Assembly: GCA_016712025.1 (NCBI GenBank)
Contig: JADJRW010000024.1
Coordinates: 29,753-93,752, forward strand
Direction: 5' to 3'
Length of the DNA stretch: 64,000 bases
Source of the DNA: Flavobacteriales bacterium
Lineage (GTDB): Bacteria; Bacteroidota; Bacteroidia; Flavobacteriales_F; PHOS-HE28
In this document: positions 55,319-64,000 of the stretch, piece after piece
Layout: each line of letters starts with the position of its first letter
How positions within the stretch are numbered: position 1 is the stretch's first letter
The notes under the pieces: model-generated
The model's database searches: none
What the model saw: only the letters and a program-made list of their open reading frames with translations
Told to the model about the DNA's origin: nothing
Translations under genes and position numbers: made by a program

Positions 55319-56371
55319 ATGAAGGCACCACGCGCTCATAGCCTTTTCCAAGCCTTGGCAGGAGAGGGTCCTTCTTTCCTCTACAGTGGGGCGTTCCATG
55401 ACGGCCATACCGCCCGATTGATCGGGATGGGAGAGGCCTTGGCGGACCACTTGGGGCTATCTCGTGCGCACCGTACCAAGTTGGCCTTCATCATGGTCGA
55501 GGCCTATCAGAACATCGTTCGGCATCGGGTACGCGATGGGCATCATGGTGAAGCCGACCGGAGCATGTTCCTGCTGCGTGCGTCCGCACGTTCCCAGCAA
55601 GTGGTCGCCTTCAACCCCTTGTTGGAGCAAGACCTGCCCGAACTCACGAAAGCACTATCGCGCCTGAACGGCAAAGACAAGGATCAGCTTAAGGAGATGT
55701 TCCTGCAAGGTCTGCGAGCGAACACCGCTTCAGCGAAAGGTGGAGCTGGCCTCGGCCTGATCGAGATGGCGCGCCGCAGCGGGCATCCCATACGGCACCA
55801 GCTTTACGCGCTCGCGAACGGATCGCACCGCCTCGGATTGGAGGTGGACCTCGGTGAGACCCCGCAAAGCGACGGGCCGCATACTGAACTGCCCCTTTTG
55901 GATCTGGTCATGGCCGAGGATGTGCTCTTGGCTTATGTAGGCCAACCCTTTCCGGCCATGTTGGAAGCGATCATTACGCTGGTACATGAGGATCTGGACG
56001 ATCGTCCGGAGAAGGCTGCGGCACGACGATCGGCACTATTGGCGGCCACCCAGCTCGTAGATGATCTGGCCGACTTTGGACCCGCTCCTGTGTTGTTGGC
56101 ACTCTCTCGGGACGGAGCCGGTTATCGGCTCTTCATGGCCCGGCCTCTGCCTGCTGCACCCGCTTCGGGCATTATGGATCAGGTAATGGCGTTGAACGCC
56201 ATGGATGCCCGCACTAGGCAGGCACGTTACCGCCACGACCTGCGCACACATGAAGCGGATAGGAGCCTGGGTTTGCTGGAACTCGCCTATCGGGCACATG
56301 GCCCGCTAGAAGCGCAGCTGGTACCAAGAGAGAGTGGGGAGGTACTGTTCACCTTGGAGATCGCCGTGTGA
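55319..56371 (+). CDS. Tandem SiaB-like GHKL (anti-sigma-kinase-like) domain protein; second copy degenerate
   Basis: N-terminal half: SFLYSGAFHDGHTARLI...KLAFIMVEAYQNIVRH...LNGKDKDQLKEMF...AKGGAGLGLIEMARRSG, which I recognise as the SiaB-family protein kinase pattern. The C-terminal half repeats the layout (VLLAYVGQPFPAMLEAII...LNAMDARTRQARY...) but has RSLGLLELA in place of GGAGLGL. Confidence 0.6.
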   Translation: MKAPRAHSLFQALAGEGPSFLYSGAFHDGHTARLIGMGEALADHLGLSRAHRTKLAFIMVEAYQNIVRHRVRDGHHGEADRSMFLLRASARSQQVVAFNPLLEQDLPELTKALSRLNGKDKDQLKEMFLQGLRANTASAKGGAGLGLIEMARRSGHPIRHQLYALANGSHRLGLEVDLGETPQSDGPHTELPLLDLVMAEDVLLAYVGQPFPAMLEAIITLVHEDLDDRPEKAAARRSALLAATQLVDDLADFGPAPVLLALSRDGAGYRLFMARPLPAAPASGIMDQVMALNAMDARTRQARYRHDLRTHEADRSLGLLELAYRAHGPLEAQLVPRESGEVLFTLEIAV

Positions 56372-56438
56372 TGCCCGTGCGGGTCGATCCGCGAGCGCCA
56401 CACAATTTCCGATCGGCGAACGCAGTTGTTCACTACAC

Positions 56439-56588
56439 ATGGACCGTCTGCTCTACCTGCTTTTCACCTGGACCGATCGCTTCGAGGTATGGTTCGACCG
56501 CCGTTTCGGCTGGTTCTTCACCAATGGGATGAAGACGGATCGGAAGGGTCCGTTCAAAGCCGCACGCACACGTTCTTCGCCTCGGTGA
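56439..56588 (+). CDS. Possible small protein (49 aa) with FGWFFTNG motif
   Basis: Internal ATG of ORF 56334..56588 gives MDRLLYLLFTWTDRFEVWFDRRFGWFFTNGMKTDRKGPF.... The 3' end overlaps the convergent aldehyde dehydrogenase by about 35 nt. Confidence 0.25.
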   Translation: MDRLLYLLFTWTDRFEVWFDRRFGWFFTNGMKTDRKGPFKAARTRSSPR

Positions 56589-57995
56589 AGAAGCGCAGCG
56601 CTTCCCAACCGCCTTCGCGTCCCACGCCGCTCTGCTTTACTCCGCCGAAAGGAGTGCGCAGGTCCCGCAGCATCCAGCAATTCACCCACACGATGCCGCT
56701 CTGCACGCCGCGCGCCACCCGGTGGGCACGTTGTAGGTCCTTGGTCCAGATCACGGCGGCGAGTCCGTAAGGGGTGCTGTTCGCAAGTGTCAGTGCCTCC
56801 GCTTCGGTATCGAAGGGTTGCAGCGTGACCACTGGTCCGAAGATCTCTTCCTGGTTGGTGCGGCACTGCGGTCCAAGACCTTCGATCACCGTGGGGCGCA
56901 TGTACCATCCGCCGGAAAGCGCGCCTTCCAAATGCACTTGGTCACCACCGCACAATATGCGTCCACCCTCGCTCTTGGCGATCTCTACATGCCCGAGCAC
57001 TTTTTCCAGATGCGCTTTGGAAACCAGGGCGCCGAGATCGCTGCCGGGGTCTTTCGGGTCGCCTACGTGAAGCGCCTTCGTACGTTCCACGAAGGCAGCG
57101 CGGAAACGATCGTACGATCCGCGCTGCACCAGGATCCGCGAACCACAGAGGCAGATCTGCCCTTGGTTGCGGAACGAGGAGCGCACGGTAGTGGTGAGCA
57201 TCGCCTCGAAGTCGCAATCATCGAACACGATCACCGGATTCTTGCCCCCCAGTTCCAAACTGAGTTTCTTGAACAAAGGTGCCGCCGTCCGCGCGATCTC
57301 GGCGCCAGTGCGTGTGCCTCCGGTGAAGGAGATCGCAGGGATGTCCGGATGCGCGCTCATCGCCGCGCCCACCTTGGGGCCAAGGCCATGAACGATGTTC
57401 AGCACCCCCGGCGGAAGGCCTTCCTCCGCGCACACCCTTGACAACAGGTAGGCGGTCCATGGGGTAACCTCCGAAGGCTTGGCCACTACCGTGCAACCGG
57501 CGGCAAGGGCTGGCGCCACTTTCCAAGTGAACAAATACAGCGGCAGGTTCCATGGGCTGATGCAACCGGCAACACCGATAGGTTGCCGGTCGGTGTAGTT
57601 CACCGCCAGGCCATCGGTCAGGTGCGCTTCACTTTGTTGGTGAAGGATCGCCGTAGCGAAGAAGCGAAGGTTGGCCACCGCGCGCGGGATGTCCACCTCG
57701 TGGGCCAGATGAACGGGCTTCCCGTTGTCTTGTGATTCGGCTTCGGCGAAGCGGTCCACGTCGCGCTCCACACGGGCCGCGATCGCAACATCATATGGCT
57801 GCGGCCCTCGCGCCCCAGAGCCTGCCAGGTGGCCAAGGCACCTTGCGCCGCGACGACCGCATCGTTCACATCGCTCTCATCGCTGTCCGGTATTTGCGCG
57901 AACACAGATCCGGTGGCGGGTGCGTAGACGTCAAGCCGCCCCTTGCCCCGCGCGACTACGAATTCGCCCCCGATATAATTGAGCGCTTGTTCCAT
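56554..57995 (-). pseudogene. NAD(P)-dependent aldehyde dehydrogenase, one frame break near 57780
   Basis: MEQALNYIGGEFVVARGKGRLDVYAPATGSVFAQIPDSDESDVNDAVVAAQGALATWQALGREGRSHMMLR lies in the frame of ORF 57618..58064. It joins IAARVERDVDRFAEAESQDNGKP...GCISPWNLPL...FTGGTRTG...LELGGKNP...QGQICLCGSRILV...EEIFGPV... in ORF 56554..57771. Confidence 0.85.
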
Positions 57996-58110
57996 GGAAG
58001 AAGACGGTCGAAAGGTAGGCTTGCGATTCAACAGGCCCTGACCGAAAAGCCGAAAGGCCCTCACAGTGTGAGAGCCTCCCAGCCCCTTGTTGCGCTGTCA
58101 TTGAACGAAC

Positions 58111-58347
58111 CTACTCGCTGACCAGCCTTTTGAATTCGATGGCACCACCGATCGGTGCGGCAGGTGCGTATGTGGTGCTCTTGGGTTTCTTGGTATAGCG
58201 GAAAGGAGTGGCCCGCAGCAGGTCGTCACCATTGGGTTGTACTGCGGTGCCGCGCTGGGGGCGCGTAGTCTCGGGTCCCGTTTGATCCGCGCTGGCGATC
58301 CCGTCCTGGAAGAGAAGGGCGCTGAGCAGAAAGACGTGGATGATCAT
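58111..58347 (-). CDS. Small secreted hypothetical protein
   Basis: The internal ATG gives signal-like MIIHVFLLSALLFQDGIASA. The remainder is low-complexity. Confidence 0.3.
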   Translation of the reverse strand: MIIHVFLLSALLFQDGIASADQTGPETTRPQRGTAVQPNGDDLLRATPFRYTKKPKSTTYAPAAPIGGAIEFKRLVSE

Positions 58348-58474
58348 GGCGACGGTGGTTTGGACGATGCGAACGTAGACTGGCCCCACCGCGTGGATCG
58401 TTAATGCACCGCCAACGGCAGTTAAAGAACGTTAACCCGCTAAGCCCCGCGAGGGGCCTGGATATTTTCGTCGG

Positions 58475-59890
58475 GTGAACGAACGCTCCATCATGGGCCT
58501 GAGCGTGGCGATCACCCTCGCGCTCGTGGGCCTGGTCATCATCCAGGTGCGGTGGATCAATGATACCATGCTGTTGAAGGACGTGCAGTTCGCGCAGAGC
58601 GTGGACAATGCCTTGCTCGCGGTGAGCGATCGGATGGAACGGCTCGATGCGCTGGTCCACCTGCGGGGCCACGAGAGCGGCAAGGAGTTGCTGGACCGCA
58701 TCGACCGTGCGGCGGTGGACACATTGCCTACGGGCCCTGCACCCGCCACCCAGGACGACCTGATCGCGGAAATGCTGCGCGGCATCCTGACCGCCGGCGC
58801 TGCGCAGCCTGTGGTGGAGCGCATCGATCCGAGATTGCTGGACTCGCTCATTACGGAAGAGCTGCGCGCGCGCGGGATAGACCAGGCCCACGTACATGGC
58901 GTCTTCGATCCGGACGGCCGGGTCTGGCTGCTATCCCAGGTCGAGGCGCTCGACACAAGTGGTCTGGCCCACTCACCCCATCGTGTACGTCTCTTCCGCA
59001 ATGATCCAGAGGCCTCGGCTACACATCTGCATGTAATAGTACCCGGCCAACAGCGCCATGTATGGCGCAGCATGCGCCCGCTGCTAGCCATGTCGGCCGC
59101 CTTCCTGCTCGTAATAGTGCTCGCCTTCGTTATCACCATGCGCACCATCCATCGTCAGAAGCGCATCAGCGATATCAAGAACGATCTGGTGAACAACCTG
59201 ACCCATGAACTGAAGACCCCGATCAGCACGATCGCCTTGGCCTGCGAGGCGTTGTCCGATCCCGGTATGCCGCGCACCGAACAACAGACCAAGACGTTCG
59301 TGAACATGATCCGCGACGAGAACAAGCGCCTGGGCGTGCTTGTGGAGAACGTGCTGCAAAGCGCGGTGCTGGAAAGCGGGCAGATGCACATCAAACCGGT
59401 GGACCTCGACCTGCATGCGGTGCTGCACGACGTGGTGCGGAGCATCCAGATCCAAGCCTCGCGCCGCAACGGCCGCATCGATCTGGACCTGCACGCGGAC
59501 CTTTCGCATGTGCAAGGCGACCGCATCCATTTGACGAACGTGTTGCACAACCTGCTGGACAACGCCATCAAGTATTCCGCCCAGGAACCGCGCATCGTGG
59601 TGTCCACCCGAAGCGACGCGGCCGGTCTCTCCGTCTCCGTGCGCGACAATGGGATCGGGATCCCACGCGCGGAACACCGCAGGATCTTCGACAAGCTCTA
59701 TCGCGTGCCCACCGGTAACATCCATAACGTGAAAGGCTTCGGGCTCGGGTTGAGCTATGTGCGCGCCGTGGTGGAGCGACATCATGGACGCATCAGCGTG
59801 GAAAGCACCCCGGGCAACGGAAGCACCTTCACTATCACGATACCCTTCGAACATGGACACACACTTCAAGCTGCTGCTGGTCGAGGATGA
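58475..59890 (+). CDS. Sensor histidine kinase (HisKA + HATPase_c), RprX-like
   Basis: TM GLSVAITLALVGLVIIQV, periplasmic loop, then second TM LLAMSAAFLLVIVLAFVITM. H-box NNLTHELKTPISTIALACEAL. N/G boxes LLDNAIKYS, VRDNGIGIP and GFGLGLSYV. GTG at 58475; alternative ATG at 58493. Confidence 0.9.
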   Translation: MNERSIMGLSVAITLALVGLVIIQVRWINDTMLLKDVQFAQSVDNALLAVSDRMERLDALVHLRGHESGKELLDRIDRAAVDTLPTGPAPATQDDLIAEMLRGILTAGAAQPVVERIDPRLLDSLITEELRARGIDQAHVHGVFDPDGRVWLLSQVEALDTSGLAHSPHRVRLFRNDPEASATHLHVIVPGQQRHVWRSMRPLLAMSAAFLLVIVLAFVITMRTIHRQKRISDIKNDLVNNLTHELKTPISTIALACEALSDPGMPRTEQQTKTFVNMIRDENKRLGVLVENVLQSAVLESGQMHIKPVDLDLHAVLHDVVRSIQIQASRRNGRIDLDLHADLSHVQGDRIHLTNVLHNLLDNAIKYSAQEPRIVVSTRSDAAGLSVSVRDNGIGIPRAEHRRIFDKLYRVPTGNIHNVKGFGLGLSYVRAVVERHHGRISVESTPGNGSTFTITIPFEHGHTLQAAAGRG

Positions 59891-60557
59891 CCCCAACCTG
59901 GGCACCCTGCTCGCGGAGTACCTGCGCGTGAAGGGCTTCGATGTGGAGCTTCGCAACGATGGTGCGGAAGGGCTCAAGGCCTATGCCCAGGGCGCCTTCG
60001 ATCTGCTCCTGCTGGATGTGATGATGCCGGTAAAGGACGGCTTCACCCTCGCCCGCGAGATCCGCTTGAAGGATCAGCAGGTGCCCATCATCTTCCTCAC
60101 CGCGAAAAGCATGAAACAGGACACCATCCAGGGTTTCCAGAGCGGTGCGGACGATTACCTCACCAAGCCTTTCAGTATGGAAGAACTGGTGTTACGCGTG
60201 CAAGCCGTGTTGAAGCGGGCCAAGGGACCCATGGGCGTGCAGGACCAGCCCCAACATTATGCACTGGGCACGTATGCCTTCGATCTGCGGAAACAGTTGC
60301 TGATGCGCGAGGGGGCGGAAAGGAAGCTCACTACCAAGGAATCGGAACTGCTGCGGTTGCTCTGCCTGCATCGCAACGGCCTGTTGGCACGAAGCCATGC
60401 CCTGCGCGAGATATGGGGGGATGACAACTACTTCAACGGGCGAAGCATGGACGTCTACATCGCCAAATTGCGCAAGTACTTGAAGGACGACCCGGAGGTG
60501 GAGATAATCAACATACACGGCCAAGGTTTCCGCCTTGCGGCACGGGAACCGGCATGA
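59853..60557 (+). CDS. OmpR/PhoB-family response regulator, RprY-like
   Basis: MDTHFKLLLVEDDPNLGTLLAEYL...LLLLDVMMPVKDGFTLA...PIIFLTAKS...DDYLTKPF. Winged-helix C-terminus LTTKESELLRLL...MDVYIAKLRKYL...IINIHGQGFRL. The start overlaps the kinase 3' end by 38 nt. Confidence 0.9.
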   Translation: MDTHFKLLLVEDDPNLGTLLAEYLRVKGFDVELRNDGAEGLKAYAQGAFDLLLLDVMMPVKDGFTLAREIRLKDQQVPIIFLTAKSMKQDTIQGFQSGADDYLTKPFSMEELVLRVQAVLKRAKGPMGVQDQPQHYALGTYAFDLRKQLLMREGAERKLTTKESELLRLLCLHRNGLLARSHALREIWGDDNYFNGRSMDVYIAKLRKYLKDDPEVEIINIHGQGFRLAAREPA

Positions 60558-61095
60558 TCACAAGCAGCCGGTGCGCCCGCCGTCCACCGGCAGGTTGATA
60601 CCATTGACATAGGCGGCATGCGGCCCTGCAAGGAAAGTGATCGCGTGCGCTATATCTTCGGATCACATTGATGATGCGCCCGTGCCGTACTGCTTTCATG
60701 CCAGGCACCACCGCGAGCACCAGGGTTTGGAAGGCCAGCAAGTGGAGGCGGAAAGCGTGCTCGAAGGCGGCCAATTCGGCCTGATGCGCCGCACCTGGCG
60801 CAGGCCCCCCCGCGTTGTTCACCAGGATGCTGAATGGGCCGTGCGCGCGCAGATGATCCGTGACCGCCAGCCTGAGCGCGGTCGTATCAGCGAGATCCAC
60901 CGCTATGATCGAGTGACCGCTCCCGGGCAAGGACGCGAGTACCTGCGCGAGTGCCTTCTCCGTTCGGGCCAGCAAGGTGACCATCGAACCCTGCCCTGCC
61001 AGCGCATGTGCTGTGGCACGGCCAATGCCTTGGCTGGCGCCGCACACGAGGGCGCGTTCGCCGGACAAGAACTGGGAGGTTGGATCGAGGGGCAT
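60558..61095 (-). pseudogene. Short-chain dehydrogenase/reductase with an out-of-frame internal deletion that removes the catalytic Ser/YxxxK region
   Basis: The N-part carries ALVCGASQGIGRATAHAL (TGxxxGxG), ILVNNAGG and GRIINV. At about 60660-60666 it abuts, in another frame, the SDR C-terminus SEDIAHAITFLAGPHAAYVNGINLPVDGGRTGCL* (stop at 60558-60560). The roughly 75-80 aa normally in between are absent. Confidence 0.8.
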
Positions 61096-61246
61096 ACGGG
61101 GGAACGGTCGGTGGGCAAAGGTATCCGGTCGTCCTGTCCGAGATGACAGCAGACCGTTGATAACCCTTCATCGAGATCGCCTGCTGAGGTAACATGGCGC
61201 GACCATCTTTGTGGATCTCAACGAGCAACCACCTGAACCTCTCGAT

Positions 61247-63748
61247 ATGATCCTTCGTTCCGCTACGGCGCGTGTCGCGCTCCTCACCCTCGCCCTTTGG
61301 TCCCTCTCCGCGCCCCTCGCTTCGGCCCAGGGCGTGGACGATTGTTCGCAAGCCGTGCCTGATGTATTAGAGGCTGGCACACCACTGCTCTGGACCGGGG
61401 ACAATAGCACCGCCACCGCCATTGGCGATGCCCTGCCCGGCACGGCCGCCGCCGGTACGGCCAACTTCTGGCATGTCTTCACCACGGATTCCTGCACCAA
61501 TATCACGATCGACTATTGCGGATCGCCCACCGTTTTCGGGTCGAACGATATCTGGAACGCGTTGTTCACCACCTGCCCTGCGGACAACCAATATCTACCG
61601 GCCGACTTCGTGAACGGCTCGGCGTGCGGCGATGGCAATGCCACTGCGCAGTTCAATAATGTACCTGCGGGCACCTACTATTTCCCGGTCTACATGCCAC
61701 CGGGCGGTGGAGGTCCGTACGCGATCAACGTCACCGCCACCGCATGTCAGACCATTGTGCCACCACCCAACGACAGTTGTTCGACCGTTGTGCCTGAGGC
61801 GCTGGCATCGGGAGCTACGCTGGTCTTCAGTGGTGACAATACGAACGCGACCCATGAGGGTGATTGGATCCCTGGTTTCGGCTTCAGCACGGCACAGTGT
61901 GTCTGGCACGCTATAACCACGGATGGTTGCAATGATCTGGTGGTGAGCTATTGTGGATTGAACCCTTCCTGGAACAATGCCCTCGGATTCCTCCCACGGA
62001 CCTGCCCAGGTGACACCAACAGAGTGCTCTGCGACGATTGCAACTACACCGAGTGCGGGGATGGTAACCCCACCTTCCATTTCAGCAACGTTGCTGCAGG
62101 TACTTATTACATCCCCGTAATGCTCGACGCGGGCAATGATGCCATCGGTCCGTATTCGATCTCCGTTTCGGCGGTCGCTTGCGTTGGGGTGCCGCCTCCG
62201 AACGATGACTGTGCGAATGTGATCCCCGAAGTGTTGGCGGTGAACGACACGCTGACCTTCATTGGGGACAATACTTACGCGACCTATGAGACCGACTTTC
62301 TCGATAGTACGACGTTCTACGGGGCCTACGTTGTTTGGCATGCGATCACGACCACGACATGTTCCGATGTCACTGTTGGCTACTGTGGTCAGAGCCCGGT
62401 ATGGACCAACGCGCTGGGCTTCCTGAGCCCGAACTGCCCGGGTGATTCCGTGCTTATCTTCTTCAGCACGTTCAATGTCTCGGATTGCGGCGATGGCAAC
62501 TTGACCTACATCTACAATGATGTTCCTGCGGGCACTTACTACATCCCCGTGCAGCTCGATGCCGTTAACGACGCCATTGGACCGTACACCTTGACGGTGA
62601 GCGCCGCTGCATGTTCCGGCGGTGTGCCACCGAACGACGATTGTGCGGATGTGGTACCTGAGGCACTGGCCACCAATGCTACGTTGATCTTTACCGGGGA
62701 TAACACCGGGGCCACCCTTGACGGAGACTGGCTTCCGGGATTCGGGTTCAGCAACTCACCGGTGGTCTGGCACGCCTTCACCACAGATGCTTGTAATGAT
62801 CTGATCGTGACTTATTGCGGAATGACCCCGGCATGGGGCAATGCGTTCGGCTTCCTCCCACTCACCTGCCCTGGCGACACGGTGCGGGTGCTTTGTGACG
62901 ATTTCAACTATGTCGATTGCGGGGATGGGAACCCGACCTTCTACTACAACGAATTACCGGCGGGCACTTACTACCTTCCCGTGTTGCTCGATCCGGGCAG
63001 CAATGCCGTTGGGCCTTATTCCATCGCGGTGACCTCCAACCCTTGCGCTGGATACGTACCCCCCAATGATCTGTGCGCTGACGTCGATATTGAGAGCTTG
63101 AACGTTGGGGACACGTTGATCCTTTCAGGCGATAACACCAATGCCACTTTCACGGATGATTGGATCCCCGGCATGGGCATCAGCTTCGCCCCGGTTGTGT
63201 GGCATGCCTTTGTGACGGATACCTGCGCGGAAGTATCACTTTCCTATTGTGGTCTATCGCCCACCTGGGACAACACTTTCGCTTTCTTGGCCACCAGCTG
63301 CCCTGGCGATACCGTACGGGTGAACATCAGCACATCGAACGACACCGCCTGCGGCGATGGGAACGTGACCTATAACTACTACCAGTTGGAAGCAGGCACC
63401 TACTACGTGCCGGTGCTTTACGATCCCATTAACAATGCTGCGGGTCCTTATAACCTGGAGTTGATCGCCACAAGCTGCTTGAGCACGGGCTTGGCTTCTG
63501 CTGAGCGGCCTTCCTTCACGATCTTCCCGAACCCCAGCAATGGCGACCTCACGGTTCTGGGCCTCGATCCTGGCACGGAATGGTTGGAGGTAGTGGACGT
63601 TACCGGCCGGATGCTCCATCGTGAGCGATCGACCAACACCGCCGCTCGCACGCATGAACTGCACTTGCCATGGCTCCGCCCTGGATCCTATACGTTGCGG
63701 GCCGTAGGTTCCGGCGCCACCGTCGGTCAGCGTTTCATGGTGCGTTAG
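61247..63748 (+). CDS. T9SS-sorted protein made of five about 140-aa Cys-rich modules (PPNDxC...VVWHAxTTDxC...YCG...CPGD...CGDGN...PAGTYYxPV...GPYxxxV)
   Basis: Signal MILRSATARVALLTLALWSLSAPLASAQG (ATG 61247; the ORF track starts at GTG 61211). Five consecutive modules. C-terminal TIFPNPSNGDLTVLGL...GSYTLRAVGSG. Confidence 0.9.
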   Translation: MILRSATARVALLTLALWSLSAPLASAQGVDDCSQAVPDVLEAGTPLLWTGDNSTATAIGDALPGTAAAGTANFWHVFTTDSCTNITIDYCGSPTVFGSNDIWNALFTTCPADNQYLPADFVNGSACGDGNATAQFNNVPAGTYYFPVYMPPGGGGPYAINVTATACQTIVPPPNDSCSTVVPEALASGATLVFSGDNTNATHEGDWIPGFGFSTAQCVWHAITTDGCNDLVVSYCGLNPSWNNALGFLPRTCPGDTNRVLCDDCNYTECGDGNPTFHFSNVAAGTYYIPVMLDAGNDAIGPYSISVSAVACVGVPPPNDDCANVIPEVLAVNDTLTFIGDNTYATYETDFLDSTTFYGAYVVWHAITTTTCSDVTVGYCGQSPVWTNALGFLSPNCPGDSVLIFFSTFNVSDCGDGNLTYIYNDVPAGTYYIPVQLDAVNDAIGPYTLTVSAAACSGGVPPNDDCADVVPEALATNATLIFTGDNTGATLDGDWLPGFGFSNSPVVWHAFTTDACNDLIVTYCGMTPAWGNAFGFLPLTCPGDTVRVLCDDFNYVDCGDGNPTFYYNELPAGTYYLPVLLDPGSNAVGPYSIAVTSNPCAGYVPPNDLCADVDIESLNVGDTLILSGDNTNATFTDDWIPGMGISFAPVVWHAFVTDTCAEVSLSYCGLSPTWDNTFAFLATSCPGDTVRVNISTSNDTACGDGNVTYNYYQLEAGTYYVPVLYDPINNAAGPYNLELIATSCLSTGLASAERPSFTIFPNPSNGDLTVLGLDPGTEWLEVVDVTGRMLHRERSTNTAARTHELHLPWLRPGSYTLRAVGSGATVGQRFMVR

Positions 63749-63781
63749 TCCGTCCTCCGAATCACCCATCAACTTACCGTC

Positions 63782-64000
63782 ATGAACCTCCTACTTAACA
63801 GCAGCGCAAGAGCCACCGCGTTCATGGCCATCGCCTTTCCGATGCTCGCCATGGCGCAGCCGCCGAACGACATATGCACTGGGGCCGTGATCGAACCTTT
63901 GGCCGCAGGGGCCACGGTGACGCGGACCGGTGACAGCAGCGGAGCGACGGATGACCTTGGTGCAGGTGGTGAGGTATGGGAAGCTTTCACCACGACCCAA
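63782..64000 (+). CDS. 5' part of another secreted protein of the same module family; runs off the window
   Basis: Not in the ORF track because no stop is reached. ATG 63782 gives MNLLLNSSARATAFMAIAFPMLAMAQPPNDICTGAVIEPLAAGATVTRTGDSSGATDDLGAGGEVWEAFTTTQ: a signal peptide followed by PPNDxC...VWxAFTT. Confidence 0.7.
   Translation, partial: MNLLLNSSARATAFMAIAFPMLAMAQPPNDICTGAVIEPLAAGATVTRTGDSSGATDDLGAGGEVWEAFTTTQ

Noticed and set aside
58056-58076. Near-palindrome GGCCCTCACAGTGTGAGAGCC between the small ORF and the aldehyde dehydrogenase start.
   Set aside because: As RNA it gives only a 5-6-bp stem with a 3-nt loop, a bulge and no T-tract. As a DNA operator it is a single unsupported occurrence.

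Overview
GC-rich chromosomal segment that looks like Bacteroidota. At least 10 predicted secreted proteins end in a T9SS-type C-terminal sorting domain (xPNPxxxxlxi...GxYxl tail), and the two-component systems are LytS/LytTR-type and RprXY-like. I support about 50 genes, one tRNA-Ala(GGC), a few hairpin terminators and some intergenic repeat elements. I see no rRNA, CRISPR array, transposase, integrase or prophage genes.

Gene content by region:
- 0-7.4 kb: envelope genes (RND pump fragment, small HD hydrolase, PAP2 phosphatase, metallophosphoesterase-Omp85 fusion).
- 7.4-9.8 kb: membrane class-III nucleotidyl cyclase tightly coupled to an HD + PycTM-like (DUF5706) membrane protein.
- 9.8-21.2 kb: a Cys-rich repeat protein, five FG-GAP beta-propeller paralogs and a dockerin-like protein.
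- 21.2-26.9 kb: four-gene overlapping envelope operon.
- 26.8-32.3 kb: two paralogous TPR sensor kinases with different outputs, one ending in a class-III cyclase.
- 32.4-64 kb: transporters, metabolic genes, two further two-component systems and giant modular T9SS proteins.

Main leads:
1. The cyclase + HD/PycTM-like pair is a possible Pycsar-like module with a non-canonical effector.
2. The same ~200-aa HD module is also fused to PPK1.
3. A duplicated sensor module under visible purifying selection is wired to two different transmitters.
4. An 18-nt perfect repeat lies downstream of a LytTR regulator.
5. Frame disruptions are numerous and unevenly distributed: 2 in the first 35 kb against at least 15 in the last 29 kb. 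They include one in-frame TAG, a G7-run indel and one out-of-frame internal deletion. This indicates either indel-prone assembly or real gene decay.

All functional calls come from reading motifs in the supplied translations. No database search was run.
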